Shown in pieces: positions 33,466 through 44,519 of a DNA stretch of 64,000 nt. A model generated the notes under the pieces. That model was not told the DNA's origin. It saw only the letters and a list, made by a program, of their open reading frames with translations, and made no database searches. Within the stretch, counting starts at the first letter, position 1, and each line of letters opens with the position of its first letter. Position numbers and translations under genes: made by a program. The DNA is from Massalongia carnosa (Eukaryota), in NCBI GenBank assembly GCA_965645245.1, contig OZ287082.1, positions 1,488,001-1,552,000 on the forward strand, given 5' to 3'.

Positions 33466-35147
33466 TGTAAAATCTCTGCAGTTAGTAAATGAACTATCTC
33501 TTCCAAATATTCTTATCATGCATGCATCAAGGTGATCCATTCTCCCTTCAATAATTCTTAGAGGCTCCAAATGCTACAAGCTAGCCTTTCGAATCACGTC
33601 CTATATACTTTTCGATAAAAAACTTCATGAGGTCATCCGCTTAGAAACCGTACAAGCAGTTCGGAATGACGGTCTCGATATGAAGTATCTTTCTGACTGC
33701 TGTCCGAAATTGCGTGCAGTCTACTACGAAGCGCTAAGACTCAAAAAGAGAGACTTAGCCTTCCGCAAGGTCGAGCGTGACACGAAACTAGGAGGCAAAC
33801 TGCTGCGGGCAGGCAATTTTGTCATCGTGCCGGTCTGTCAGCTACATGACAACGAAGACGTGTTTGGCGGGGACGCCTCAGCTTTCTGCCCCGGCCGCTT
33901 TCTGACACGGCAAGCTCTGGCCAGCAGCGCGAGCTACAAGCCATACGGCGATAAGACCTACTGCCCTGGCCGGTTCTTCGCGATGCAGGAGATATTCGGA
34001 TTGGTGACTTTGCTGATCTACTGCTTCGACGTCCAGCTGGCCATGGCCCAACAGGATTTCCCGATGGCCGACGAGAGCATGCTCACATTGGACGTGTCTC
34101 GCCCTGTGCCCGGATTCGATGTTTGGTGACATTATTGAGCGGGGTAACTAAACTCAACTGTTTGACAAGAATGCACGGAGAAGGGTATCTCATCAACTTC
34201 GTGTATGATTTTTGATACAGTACGGGGTCATAGAAAGCCTCAACGTTATGTAAACATTCATACGATAGAAATTGTATCATCATTGTGGGGATTATTTTCC
34301 TTAGTTATTCTCAGGATGTTTTAACTAGATACTTAATTCACAATGCAAACGAACAAAATGTCTCTTGACCAATTATTTCATACGAGTTCGATATCGACGT
34401 AAAAGGGTTTTCAAACCGTATACAATACGAATTTTACCATCGTTAACAATGTTACGTAGATCTGACAAGATTATAAGTTACATATCTACACTGTATAAAA
34501 CAGAGTGAGCTCATCCGCATATATCCATATATCCCACGGCATAGAACTAGGCACAAGGAGGCGTGGGCTCTGTCACAGGTGACTACGTACATATGTCTCC
34601 GACTTATCCCTTTTCTGTGCCTCATTGCGACTTCCATCTAGAGTCTACGAGTGAGAGCTGAACAGTCAATCACCGAGCATTCAGATAACGAATGTTATGT
34701 AGTGGTCAAGCTTTAGAGTGCTTATTGGATGCAAACGGCGAGGATAACCAAACTCGTTCGTTTGACCTGATCTTCATATGCATCTTCTCTGCGGTCACTC
34801 TACACTCTGCACTGTGTACAGCCCTATCGACAGACGCAGTCATGTGGCTCTTAAATAATAAGAAATATGCTGAATGACAAAGTATTTTCTTTAAAAGCCT
34901 CAAGCTGGTTGTAGTGCTTCTTTCGCCGTTAAACTACCGTCTTTGCTACGGCGATTGATTCCAAGAAAAACACACGGTGCGAGAAAGGACGCACCGCTCA
35001 GTCTGTCCTGTCGTGGGTGCCATTAATTAATGCTAAAAAGATCAAAGACTCCGATTGTGCAGCTTCGCCCGTTCCCGTTTCACGCCTGTCCATCTCCCAC
35101 CCATTTCCCTCGCAAAGCACCATTGGCCCTTTTCTTCCCCCATAGCC

Positions 35148-36485
35148 ATGACGAGTCGGAATCCGCTGACGGCAAGGATCGATTCGCCCACGTTTGTTGT
35201 ACGCAGGTTCCTGTTTCACCCTCGTCGCTTGATTCCAACCACCTTCTAATTAAACCCCCCATTCGTTCCAGGCGGTTCTGTGGGGCGGAACGGGAATTTC
35301 GCTCGGTTTCCTCGCCTTCCGTATCTTCGTTCGCATCAGCTCCTTCCGACGAATCTACGTGGACGACATTCTCGTGCTGGTGGCGTGGCTGCTTTTCCTC
35401 GCCAGCGCCATCATCTGGCAATCGCAACAGACGGCCATTTACGATCAATTCGCGGAGGTCGCCGGGATGATGGCGCCGACGCCGGAGTGGCTGGCGGCCG
35501 AAAAGACCTTATTGCGTGCCGAGGCGGCCACGATCACCATGTACTACACAAGCTTGTGGATTGTCAAGCTGTCCTTCCTGCTCTTCTTCCGCCGCCTAGG
35601 CCAAAACGTCAAGGGGCATACAACCTGGTGGTGGTGCGTCTTAGCCTTCACGGTCGCAACGTGGTTCACTTGCATCGGCAGCATTTCCTTCAACTGCCTC
35701 CTGCGTCCGCTGCAGTACATATACAGTAAATTTCCCGGCCCAATGCCGAAAGCGCTCAGACTGATCATCGATCGCGCACAGCGGAATGCACCACCCCAGC
35801 TGCAAGGTACTCCCAGTGGGCCGTTTTGATCTACGGCTGTGTGGTCGATGTCCTCACTGACGCGGCCAGTGAGTTTTTCCCCTCCCCTCCCCGTCCACTA
35901 TTCCACACGTGTCCCGCTTAACGCACAAGCAAGTCATCACGATCCCGATCCTCATGCTGTGGCACGTCCGCATCTCGTGGCCAAAGAAGCTCGCGCTCAT
36001 GAGCATCTTCTCGCTCACCCTTATTGTCATCGTGTTCTCCATCGTGCGCATCACTGTCGTCCAGGCGAAGAACGGGACGACCGACGTGAGTTGGCTGTAC
36101 ATGTGGAGCAACATCGTGATCTCCGTGTGTACGTGTTTTTATTCCCACCCACCTAGCCCCTATTTTCCTGCGCCGCCCTTGGTTGTATATCGTTGACTTA
36201 TTTTTTTGGCCAGCCATTATCGTCTCGTGCATGGCCTCATTCCGTCAGTTGTTCGTCAAGTCTGAGCAGCAGCCGGCTCAGGCCCAAGAAAGCGAACGCC
36301 TTCCTCCCTGGCGCAGCGCACCCTGGTCGGCGTATTATAGCTCCTCCAAACCTCGAAGCTCGACTAGTGGCCACGACGGCTCGTTCACCCGTAAGCTCCG
36401 TCATCACGAGACAGGTTCTTTGCCCGATGAATCCATGACAAATATCATTCCATTAGATATCGTTGGTGTCTGTCACGACGTCTAA
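35148..36485 (+). CDS. PTH11/SAT4-like (fungal rhodopsin-domain) integral membrane protein; predicted exons 35148-35198, 35272-35725, 35782-35868, 35934-36128, 36214-36485
   Basis: GT-AG introns join in frame; motifs RIFVR...DDILVLVAW, KLSFLLFFRRL, DVLTD...IPILMLWHVRISWPKKLAL, IVSCMASFRQLF. Confidence 0.85.
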
Positions 36486-37686
36486 AATTCATGATAACGA
36501 TGATATTGATTGAAAGATTTCGGGTTAAAAAGGCTTTTCATTCGAGTTCTTAAATCGATGTAACCTATTTAACATGAACATCCTTATCATCATATCAATC
36601 ACGCTTTTTCTACATATTTTCATATTTCGAATATCAAGAGCGCTCGTGATATCAAAAAGCAATTATCAAGGACTCGTCTCAACTGTAGGAATTCGTGTGT
36701 CCTCGTCGAAACATTTCATTCAACAAACGACTCAGAAGGTAATTATCTAGACTAAAAGCATCTCGTCATTTTCTGAAATATTAATTTAATTAAATAAAGT
36801 ACAATCATGACTTCCGAGTTGCAGAGTTCCGAATCGAGCCTCAAGTCTCTAATGTCTTATTACTTTAGCCCTCCCTTCTCCCCCCGAATCACAAACTGGC
36901 TGACTGACTGATCGGCGGGGATAATTAAGGATATCTACATCTGCGAGCGGATCTTGCACTTTCACTTTTCGTGGAATGGGATGAAGAATGCAAAATTGCG
37001 ATAATGAAAGCTACGCCTCCTTCTCCGTCATGAAGAAAGCGTTTTTTGATCCGGATTCCGTTTCGTACTTTCCCTGAGCAGCGAACAATTAGACTTCTTA
37101 TCAATTCTTTGCTTTTTCTTCACCTTATTATTATCATTCATAATTAGCTTTTTGTTGTAGGCTTCAAATATATCGGTCATCACTCGCAGAATTGAGTCCG
37201 GGCGAAAGAGGAATTGTTCATAACAGGTTCGAAGGTCTTCAGCGTAAGGATGACAGTATCAAAAGGTAGTATAGTAGATAGAGGATAGAACGCTTACTAT
37301 TGTTCTATATAGTGGGAATAGCTAGATTTATAGACAATGTACGGTATGCTAGTATTAGACTAGCGATACGTCTAGCCATTAGCGTGCGCCATACTCGTGC
37401 GGTAGAAGGTGAGTGCGGCTGAAATGAAGTAGCCTGATTTGTACATTCTAACACTCCCACTCAGGCACTGAAATAGCACTCCCACATGATAAAGAGAAAT
37501 TCAATAACTCCCACATACTCCAGTATAATATCATGCTTCCCGGTGGATCACCTGCAGGTGAGTCAGTGTACTCCGCAGGCTAATGCTGCTGGCGATGTAC
37601 GAAAACACCCCCACAGGCTCAGCTGTGGGTGATACTTTTTTTTTTTGGGGTTAAGGTCGAATGTTTTACGACAAAGGGCTTCTGGT

Positions 37687-40600
37687 TTATTCTAAGCCTA
37701 AAGCTTTTCGAAAGACAACAAATTTGTCCTTTAGTAGGGCCTTGGTTAGGCCGTCAGCTACCTGTTCTTCGGTAGGAACATAGCGAAATTCCACTGATTT
37801 GTCTTCGATCTTCTCTCTTTGGTAGTGCCATTGGATGTCAATATGCTTGCTCCGCGCGTGTGCCTGGGGATTTTTGGCCAAAGCTATTGCTCCTTGATTG
37901 TCGCAGTGAATGATGATAGCATTCAGGGCGAAAGATGTAGGCAAGCAGGCAAGGGCTACAGAGGTGCTCTGGGTTTGGAGAGAGTGATTCCCAGGGACTT
38001 GAGGTGCTGAAAGTTGGTCGAGAAGACTAGACAGCCAGACGGCTTCCTTGGTGGCTTGAGTCTGACCCATGTACTCGGCTTCGCATGAAGATAGGGCTAC
38101 GGTCGGCTGTCGTTTGGAAGACCAGCTAATAGCGCCACTACCCACATTAAACACGAAGCCAGAGGTAGACCTTCGGGTATGATGATCTCCGGCCCAATCC
38201 GCGTCAGTGTAACCGTTCAAGAGTTGTAAGTGACCTTTGTATGTTAACTGCAACGGTAGAGTGCCTTTGATGTATCGGAAGATGCGTTTGACTGCCTTCC
38301 AGTGCGTATCGGTCGGGTTCGAGGCATAGCGGCTGACCACCGATACGGCGAAGGCTAAGTCAGGCCTAATGCCTAGCATAGCATACATGAGAGAGCCCAC
38401 CGCTGATTGGTAGCGGAGGCGAGAGTCATCTGTGGCCTGATGGCCCTCTGGTGCAGCCTCCAGTCGCCCATCCATCGGGGTAGCCACGGGGTTAGTGTCC
38501 CACATGCCATGGTCGCGTAGTACTTTTTCCAGATAGGCCTGCTGACCAAGGCGAAGAATCCTATTAGCCCGATCCCGAGTTATCGTCATGCCCAGGTAGT
38601 AATTGATAGGGCCTAAATCAACCATCGAGAACTCGTCGCTCAGCAGTTTCTTGACACGTTGTATCTCGGAAGAAGAAGAGCCAGTGATGATTAAATCATC
38701 GACGTAAATGGCTACGATAACCCCTTCTTTAACGAAAACGCTAAGGTCGGCGTTGACTGGAACGAATTCATGAGACTTGAAAAAAGTAGTGATCGTTTCA
38801 TACCAGATTCTAGACGACTGTTTCAGGCCATAAAGAGCTTTCTTCAACTTGCAAACTCTCGTTGACCCGTCATCCAGACCGGTTGGTTGCTCCACGTAGA
38901 TTTCCTCGTCCACCCTTCCGTACAAGAAGGCTGTTTTTACGTCCATATGGTGAATTTCCCAATCATTGGCTGCAGCGATAGCGAAGATGGCTTTATAGCT
39001 CATTGGCTTCACTACTGAAGCAAAAGTCTCATTGTAGTCAATGCCTTCACGTTGCTCAAATCCTCTGACTACCCATCGAGCCTTGTAACGAAGAATCTCG
39101 CCAGCCGGGCCTCGTTTGATTTTATAAACCCATTTGCCTCGCAGGGCTTTGCGGTCCGGGGGCAGGGAGGTGAGGATCCAGGTATCATTTTCGTTGATAG
39201 AGTCAATTTCTTCCTGCATTGCCCTTCGCCAATCCTTTTCCTCCCGACTATCTACGGCCTGTTTATAGGTTTTAGGCTCGTATGGCTCCGGGTCATTGGC
39301 TCGAGCAAGAAGAGCCAAAAGAGCAAGCGGGTCAGGCGAGGGGGCACGAAGTTTTGGATGCTTAGAGAGAATATCTGCCTGGGACCAAGGCTCAATGGGC
39401 AGTTGGTTTGCCAATGCCTCTTTTCCAGCGTTTGATGGGAGAGGTCCAGTGGGAATTGATTCTATGGATTCATGAGCGTCGACTAAGTCCGTATGAGGGG
39501 AGTCCGTATGATGGGTAATTTTTTGCTTTCTTGTGGGCGGTCCTGACTGTCCAACATGTAGGGCTCTTTTAGTTTGAGAGAATGATAAGGAAGGAGGAGA
39601 TGGGGGGTTGTTATCTATCCACTGAACATTGGAATAACGCATGACCGCGCCCCGTGGATTTATCATTCGATAGATGTGATCGCCTTCGTATCCTACTAAA
39701 GTACATTTGGTGGCTCGTTCCTGAAATTTCTTCCATCCGGTGGAGGGCTTGCGATTTTGCGCATAGCCAGTCTGTCCTATTATCCTTAGATGTCCTAGTT
39801 CTGGTGGGCTGCCGGTGTGAGACTCGTAGGGGGTGATGGAGCGTCCCGCAGTTGGTTGTCGATTTCTTAGGTAGTTGGCAGTGAGAACCATCTCAGCCCA
39901 ATATTTGATGTCTACTTTAGCGCCTTCTCGCATGGTGCTGGCTAACTTGTGAAGCGTTTGACCTAGGCGCTCGGCTGTCCCGTTCATGGGTGGATTTCCC
40001 GGTACGGTAGGTTCCCACTGAATGCCATGCTCGTTTCTGAAATTCTCGAAGTCCTTTGAGTCATACTCACCCCCACAGTCCGATCGCAAGCGCTTAATTC
40101 GTTTGTCCCCATATTCATTTTGCTTCTTGTAGTTTTTAAAAGCTTGAAGGACTCCGCTTTTGACGCGCAGTAAGGTGACGTGGGACCGTTTATCGAAATC
40201 GCAAAGAAAGGTCACCATATATTTGGCGCCGTTCAAGGCTTCTGGGAAAGGTCCTTGGACATCACTGTGAATTAAGTCCAGCGGGTGCTTGCCTGGTTGG
40301 ATGGGGGCCCGGTGTGGTTCTACTTGGGACTGAGCGATGGCGCACGGAGGACAGGCGTCTTGGGGCGGGGGCTTGGTGAGGTCCATTCCTTTTGACATGC
40401 CAGCGAGCTTGAGAATGTTTTGATTTCCAAGATGGCCTAAACGAGCGTGCCACATTTTTATCGCCTCGCTATTAATTGCAGCAAGAGCGAGAGCGGCTTC
40501 AGAGACGTTCCACATATTCAGGATATACAGATTGTTGTCCTGGCGGCGAGCGATAATACCATAGTTCCCGATTTCAATTCCCTCTGGTACAATCTTCAGG

Positions 40601-41352
40601 GGACATCCATCTCGTTGTAATTGTCCTTGGGAGATGAGATTTAGGCCTCCGTCCGGAACGTATAACACATCGAAAAGAGGGAACTCCCGAAGACCCTCGT
40701 TACCGGCACACCGCAACATGACGTTACCTATTCCTTTGGGAATTAATACTCCTCCAATACCTTGAATTGGAGGGCAATCGGATGTCTTGAATGAGGTGAA
40801 GATGGAGCGATCGTGGGTAATATGTTGGCTAGTTCCAGAGTCACAGATCCAGAGCTTAGATATTTTGGTTATATCTGCGGTGGCCATGTAGGCGCAGAAG
40901 GCTCCTTTGGTTGAGTCATTGTTTCCGGTTGGCTTTTGGCTTTGACCTTGACTTTTGGAATTCCTACGACGCTTATTGGACTTACGCTGTGAGTCTTGGT
41001 TAACGAGGTGTGGATATTTTTCACGACACTCGCTCTCTACGTGATAGTCTTTTCGGCAGTGGTTGCAGAACTTGATGGTCTTGGTGATGATTCGAGAATG
41101 GGCTGTTCCGGGTTGAGCTCCTGCTTGGGTTTGAGCGTTTGAAACAGCTGCCATTGCGATTACGGCCTTATCGCTGGACTTGCTTGGGTTGGTCACCGTG
41201 TTTTGGAAATGCTGCATAGCCTGACTTAACGTGTGCTTGGGTTCACCCATTTCATTGAAAGGATCATGATCCTGAGCGTATCGTTCGAAATAGCTGTTGT
41301 ATTCGAAGCCGTGGCGCGAAATTGGGTAACGTAGTCTGCAGGGCTGCTGCAA
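37687..41352 (-). CDS. pol: Copia-2 polyprotein: gag C-terminus, protease, integrase, RT, RNase H; the gag N-terminus (about 41310-41730) is out of frame
   Basis: CNHCRKDYHVESEC, WICDSGTSQH, WHARLGH, IHSDV...RSDCGGEY...AER, YVDD, YTDADWAG, SKHIDI. Confidence 0.93.
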   Translation of the reverse strand: MQQPCRLRYPISRHGFEYNSYFERYAQDHDPFNEMGEPKHTLSQAMQHFQNTVTNPSKSSDKAVIAMAAVSNAQTQAGAQPGTAHSRIITKTIKFCNHCRKDYHVESECREKYPHLVNQDSQRKSNKRRRNSKSQGQSQKPTGNNDSTKGAFCAYMATADITKISKLWICDSGTSQHITHDRSIFTSFKTSDCPPIQGIGGVLIPKGIGNVMLRCAGNEGLREFPLFDVLYVPDGGLNLISQGQLQRDGCPLKIVPEGIEIGNYGIIARRQDNNLYILNMWNVSEAALALAAINSEAIKMWHARLGHLGNQNILKLAGMSKGMDLTKPPPQDACPPCAIAQSQVEPHRAPIQPGKHPLDLIHSDVQGPFPEALNGAKYMVTFLCDFDKRSHVTLLRVKSGVLQAFKNYKKQNEYGDKRIKRLRSDCGGEYDSKDFENFRNEHGIQWEPTVPGNPPMNGTAERLGQTLHKLASTMREGAKVDIKYWAEMVLTANYLRNRQPTAGRSITPYESHTGSPPELGHLRIIGQTGYAQNRKPSTGWKKFQERATKCTLVGYEGDHIYRMINPRGAVMRYSNVQWIDNNPPSPPSLSFSQTKRALHVGQSGPPTRKQKITHHTDSPHTDLVDAHESIESIPTGPLPSNAGKEALANQLPIEPWSQADILSKHPKLRAPSPDPLALLALLARANDPEPYEPKTYKQAVDSREEKDWRRAMQEEIDSINENDTWILTSLPPDRKALRGKWVYKIKRGPAGEILRYKARWVVRGFEQREGIDYNETFASVVKPMSYKAIFAIAAANDWEIHHMDVKTAFLYGRVDEEIYVEQPTGLDDGSTRVCKLKKALYGLKQSSRIWYETITTFFKSHEFVPVNADLSVFVKEGVIVAIYVDDLIITGSSSSEIQRVKKLLSDEFSMVDLGPINYYLGMTITRDRANRILRLGQQAYLEKVLRDHGMWDTNPVATPMDGRLEAAPEGHQATDDSRLRYQSAVGSLMYAMLGIRPDLAFAVSVVSRYASNPTDTHWKAVKRIFRYIKGTLPLQLTYKGHLQLLNGYTDADWAGDHHTRRSTSGFVFNVGSGAISWSSKRQPTVALSSCEAEYMGQTQATKEAVWLSSLLDQLSAPQVPGNHSLQTQSTSVALACLPTSFALNAIIIHCDNQGAIALAKNPQAHARSKHIDIQWHYQREKIEDKSVEFRYVPTEEQVADGLTKALLKDKFVVFRKALGLE

Positions 41353-42336
41353 TCCGATAGGATAAGGATGTCTAATTTTCTAAAGGTGTCATTGAGGAAT
41401 CCCGAACCGCGAGGCTTATAGTTTGACTCAAGCAGGTCCCAGGCGACGGAAGCAGTAGTATGGTCTTCTATATCGGTGTAGGCATTTCCTTCACAAGCTA
41501 ATCAAAGAGCAGTGCAGGCCTTATCTTGGCCCTTTTTCCATTTGTTGAAGCCATCATTGGGAGCGTTTGGGCGTGGTGCAGCTTCGGTGTTATCACAATA
41601 GATCCAAAGATCTATCATTTTGAGGCAATCTCGCATGGCTCGCTTCCATGCTGGATAACCCTCGTGGTCCACTAGCTTAGGGATCCTATCAATAGCGCTA
41701 TAGGACCCCGATCCAGAGATTTTTCACTCATGATGGAAAGGGTTTATTGGAAGAGCTTGATGGATTGTCCTTGTTAACGGACTGGCTTGAACTGGTGTTT
41801 GGTTTTACCGGATTCCGACGGAGTGCTATTATAAGTGCTTGGTGACTTGGTTCTGGCTCTTAGATCGAAAGGATCACAGTCGCTGGGCGGTTCTAGGTCC
41901 GATTTTGATGTGGACTGACCGGGAGTGACTGGAGGCTCAGGGATGATGGTACAAAGCAATCCAATTTTGATTGATCTGAGTTATCGTCTAAGAGAAAAGC
42001 AACGATTTCCGCACTAGCCGCCTGTAATGTATGTTGTGAATCCCGTTCAAGCCTTGTTGCCGGCCTATTATTTGGTTGAGGCTCTGAGAGTCATTGGATC
42101 TCGGCAAGAGTGCCACGTAGGATTGGGCAGTGATTGATATAATAGATCTAAATGCAGAAGCAGATGCAGGTGCAAAGATAGATTTGAGGCGTTTAGTTGT
42201 GCCTTTGGGGTTGATAAATCGAGAGCGTTTTTTGTTGCTCGAAGCCATAATCCTTCAGTCTTATAACTGATACGCAGATGCTGACTATGAATAGAGGGCA
42301 AAATCGATTACAGGGAGATTTGGTTTCATCCCAATA

Positions 42337-42660
42337 GATGTCACATTCCCGGTTTTTTGTTGGGAACGTAGATCATCCGAGACATCTGGATGTCACATTC
42401 CCTGTTTTTTGTTGGGAATGTAGATCATCCGAGACATCGAAGTGAATGTCACATTTCCGGTTTTTTATTGGAAATGTAGATCATCCGAGACACCTGGATG
42501 TCACATTCCCGATTTTTGGTTGGGAATATAGATCATCCGAGATATCAAAGTGAAGTGGATGTCATATTCCCGGTTTTTATTGGGAACGTAGATCATCCGA
42601 GACATCTGGATGTCACATTCCCGGTTTTTTGTTGGGAACGTAGATCATCCGAGACATCGA
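42337..42660. repeat. Six copies of a 52-61-bp tandem repeat in the Copia-2 leader
   Basis: Core GATGTCACATTCCCGGTTTTTTGTTGGGAACGTAGATCATCCGAGACATC, with alternating short and long linkers. Confidence 0.92.
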
Positions 42661-43222
42661 AACGAAGTGCAAGGAGGTGCCTGTTAAAATATTTGTTAGC
42701 GTTCGTTTAGTAGGGGGCAAAGATGAAGCCGGGCGCCGGATAGTAGTGCTTAGCCATCTCAAACACTGCCGACTGTTTCATATGTGTCGATTTGTGTTGG
42801 AATATATTTTTTTTGTAGGACATTATTCGCGACGGTAATTGTTTGCGACGGTAAGGAGGCTTGTGTTAGGGTAGGTAAAGTAAGACAAGCAAACAGATGT
42901 AAAGAGGCGCCCTGCGGCCGGGCTCATAACCTATCAAAAGGTAGTATAGTAGATAGAGGATAAAACGCTTACTATTGTTCTATATAGTAGGAATAGCTAG
43001 ATTTATAGACAATATACGGTATGCTAGTATTAGACTAGCGATACGTCTAGCCATTAGCGTGCGCCATACTCGTGCGGTAGAAGGTGAGTGCGGCTGAAAT
43101 GAAGTAGCCTGATTTGTACATTCTAGACAGAAGCTCGAATCAAGATTAAACTGATTCTTGTCTGCGTAATCGTTGGAATTTTTATTAAAGTAAGCAACGA
43201 GAAAAATTGAATGATAAAACTA

Positions 43223-43372
43223 CGCCGCGCAACGGGTCGGATTTTTCTATTGAAAAACTCAACCCGTTTGTTGCGAATCTTAGAATTTTTGATATCCGGC
43301 TTGAGTTTTTGAAAGAAAAACTTGATAATGAAAAAGCAAATTTGTGACGAAAACCTAACCCGATACGCGGCG
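43223..43372. mobile_element. MITE (about 150 bp), copy 2
   Basis: TA-CGCCGCG...CGCGGCG-TA; collinear with 24976-25123. Confidence 0.8.
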
Positions 43373-44268
43373 TAGATGAAACGAAACCAACGAGCACTCG
43401 CAGATTGGAGAAATTATCGCGAATTAGTAATTCGGCTCGGGCGAAAGGTAATGCCGGGACCGAGTGGTGGCAGGCCGCGGATAGCCGACGAAGGCCGAAG
43501 GTCGGATGTTGGACGGGAGAAAAAAGCATAAATAGGTGGCGTTTTGGCACTCTTCTCCTCATCATCACCATTGATTCGGAGTTCAGCACCAAACAACAAT
43601 TCTCACATATGGACGGATGCCAGTGGGGACTTCGCAATCGGAGCATACATACTTCAAGGTGGTCAGACCACACACATTGCCCGCTGAGCAAGTGGTATCT
43701 GAAGCTTATCCCTTCGTCTGGCAATTTGGCAGCCATTTAGGTAATATTCAATTTTACACGCGCCGTCTCCGGGTAATGACTAATAACTTTAATCTGGCCA
43801 ATCAGATTTTCCCTTTTCAACGATAATGGGTACAACACCTCAATCACCCCTCATGATCTATGTAAAATTTCCCAACATGCCTCATTTTGGCAACATGGTC
43901 CACAGCTCTTACATTGCCATCTGGTCTGACTTGCACGTCGTCTTTTGGTGCAATTTTCATCAATTTCCGCAAGTGGTCGGCGTCGTTTGAGTCTTGGCAC
44001 TTGCCTTTTGCCGGCCAAACAATAGTCCTTCTTATTCAAATGCTCCCATTTGCAAGTTGACTCGACGTCTTTATTAACGTCTTGATTAGTAGTAACTATG
44101 ACATCTGTCGGACGTTTCCGTAGGGCACCGGCTTGATTGGATAGTAGGGCATTTACTATTTCTTTTTGAAAGTCCAAATGGCTGAGTGTTGAATTCGGAT
44201 ACAGAATTCTCCACACTTTGAAGGCATTTAGAACGGCTGCATCCAGAAGAAAGATGAAAATTGACCAC

Positions 44269-44519
44269 TGTAGGGGGGTGGAGCGGTGATACTCTAAATT
44301 CAAATTGCTAGCGAAGCATGCTCGTAGCAATAGCTACAACACATAGCATCAACACATACAGTTCACAGGCACGAGGCATCAGGCACGAGGCGCGAGGCTT
44401 ACAGTGATCAGTCTAGCTATTGTTCTTATTCTATTGTTCTGTTCTTCTCTTGTTTGTTTGTTCTCTTGCACTCCTAGCAGTAGTAGACCACGCACACCAC
44501 CCCAGTTCATCCTTCCACA
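44269..44519. repeat. Solo LTR (251 bp) with 4-bp TSD CCAC, inside the piggyBac transposase
   Basis: TG...CA ends; removing it plus one CCAC restores RYWWSIFIFLLD. Confidence 0.85.

Larger units (their letters stand above)
29980..34150 (+). pseudogene. Cytochrome P450 pseudogene, with a TE insertion (31285-33465) apparently in an intron
   Basis: N-terminal membrane anchor and ELPY-IP, YYEALRL (ExxR), FCPGRF (PERF-like), YKPYGDKTYCPGRFFA (heme Cys). In-frame stops and frameshifts. Confidence 0.9.
37257..43125 (-). mobile_element. Ty1/copia LTR retrotransposon (Copia-2), full length
   Basis: LTRs 37257-37453 and 42932-43125 (3 substitutions), TSD GACAG, PBS 42920-42931, and purine tract next to the 3' LTR. 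Confidence 0.96.
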
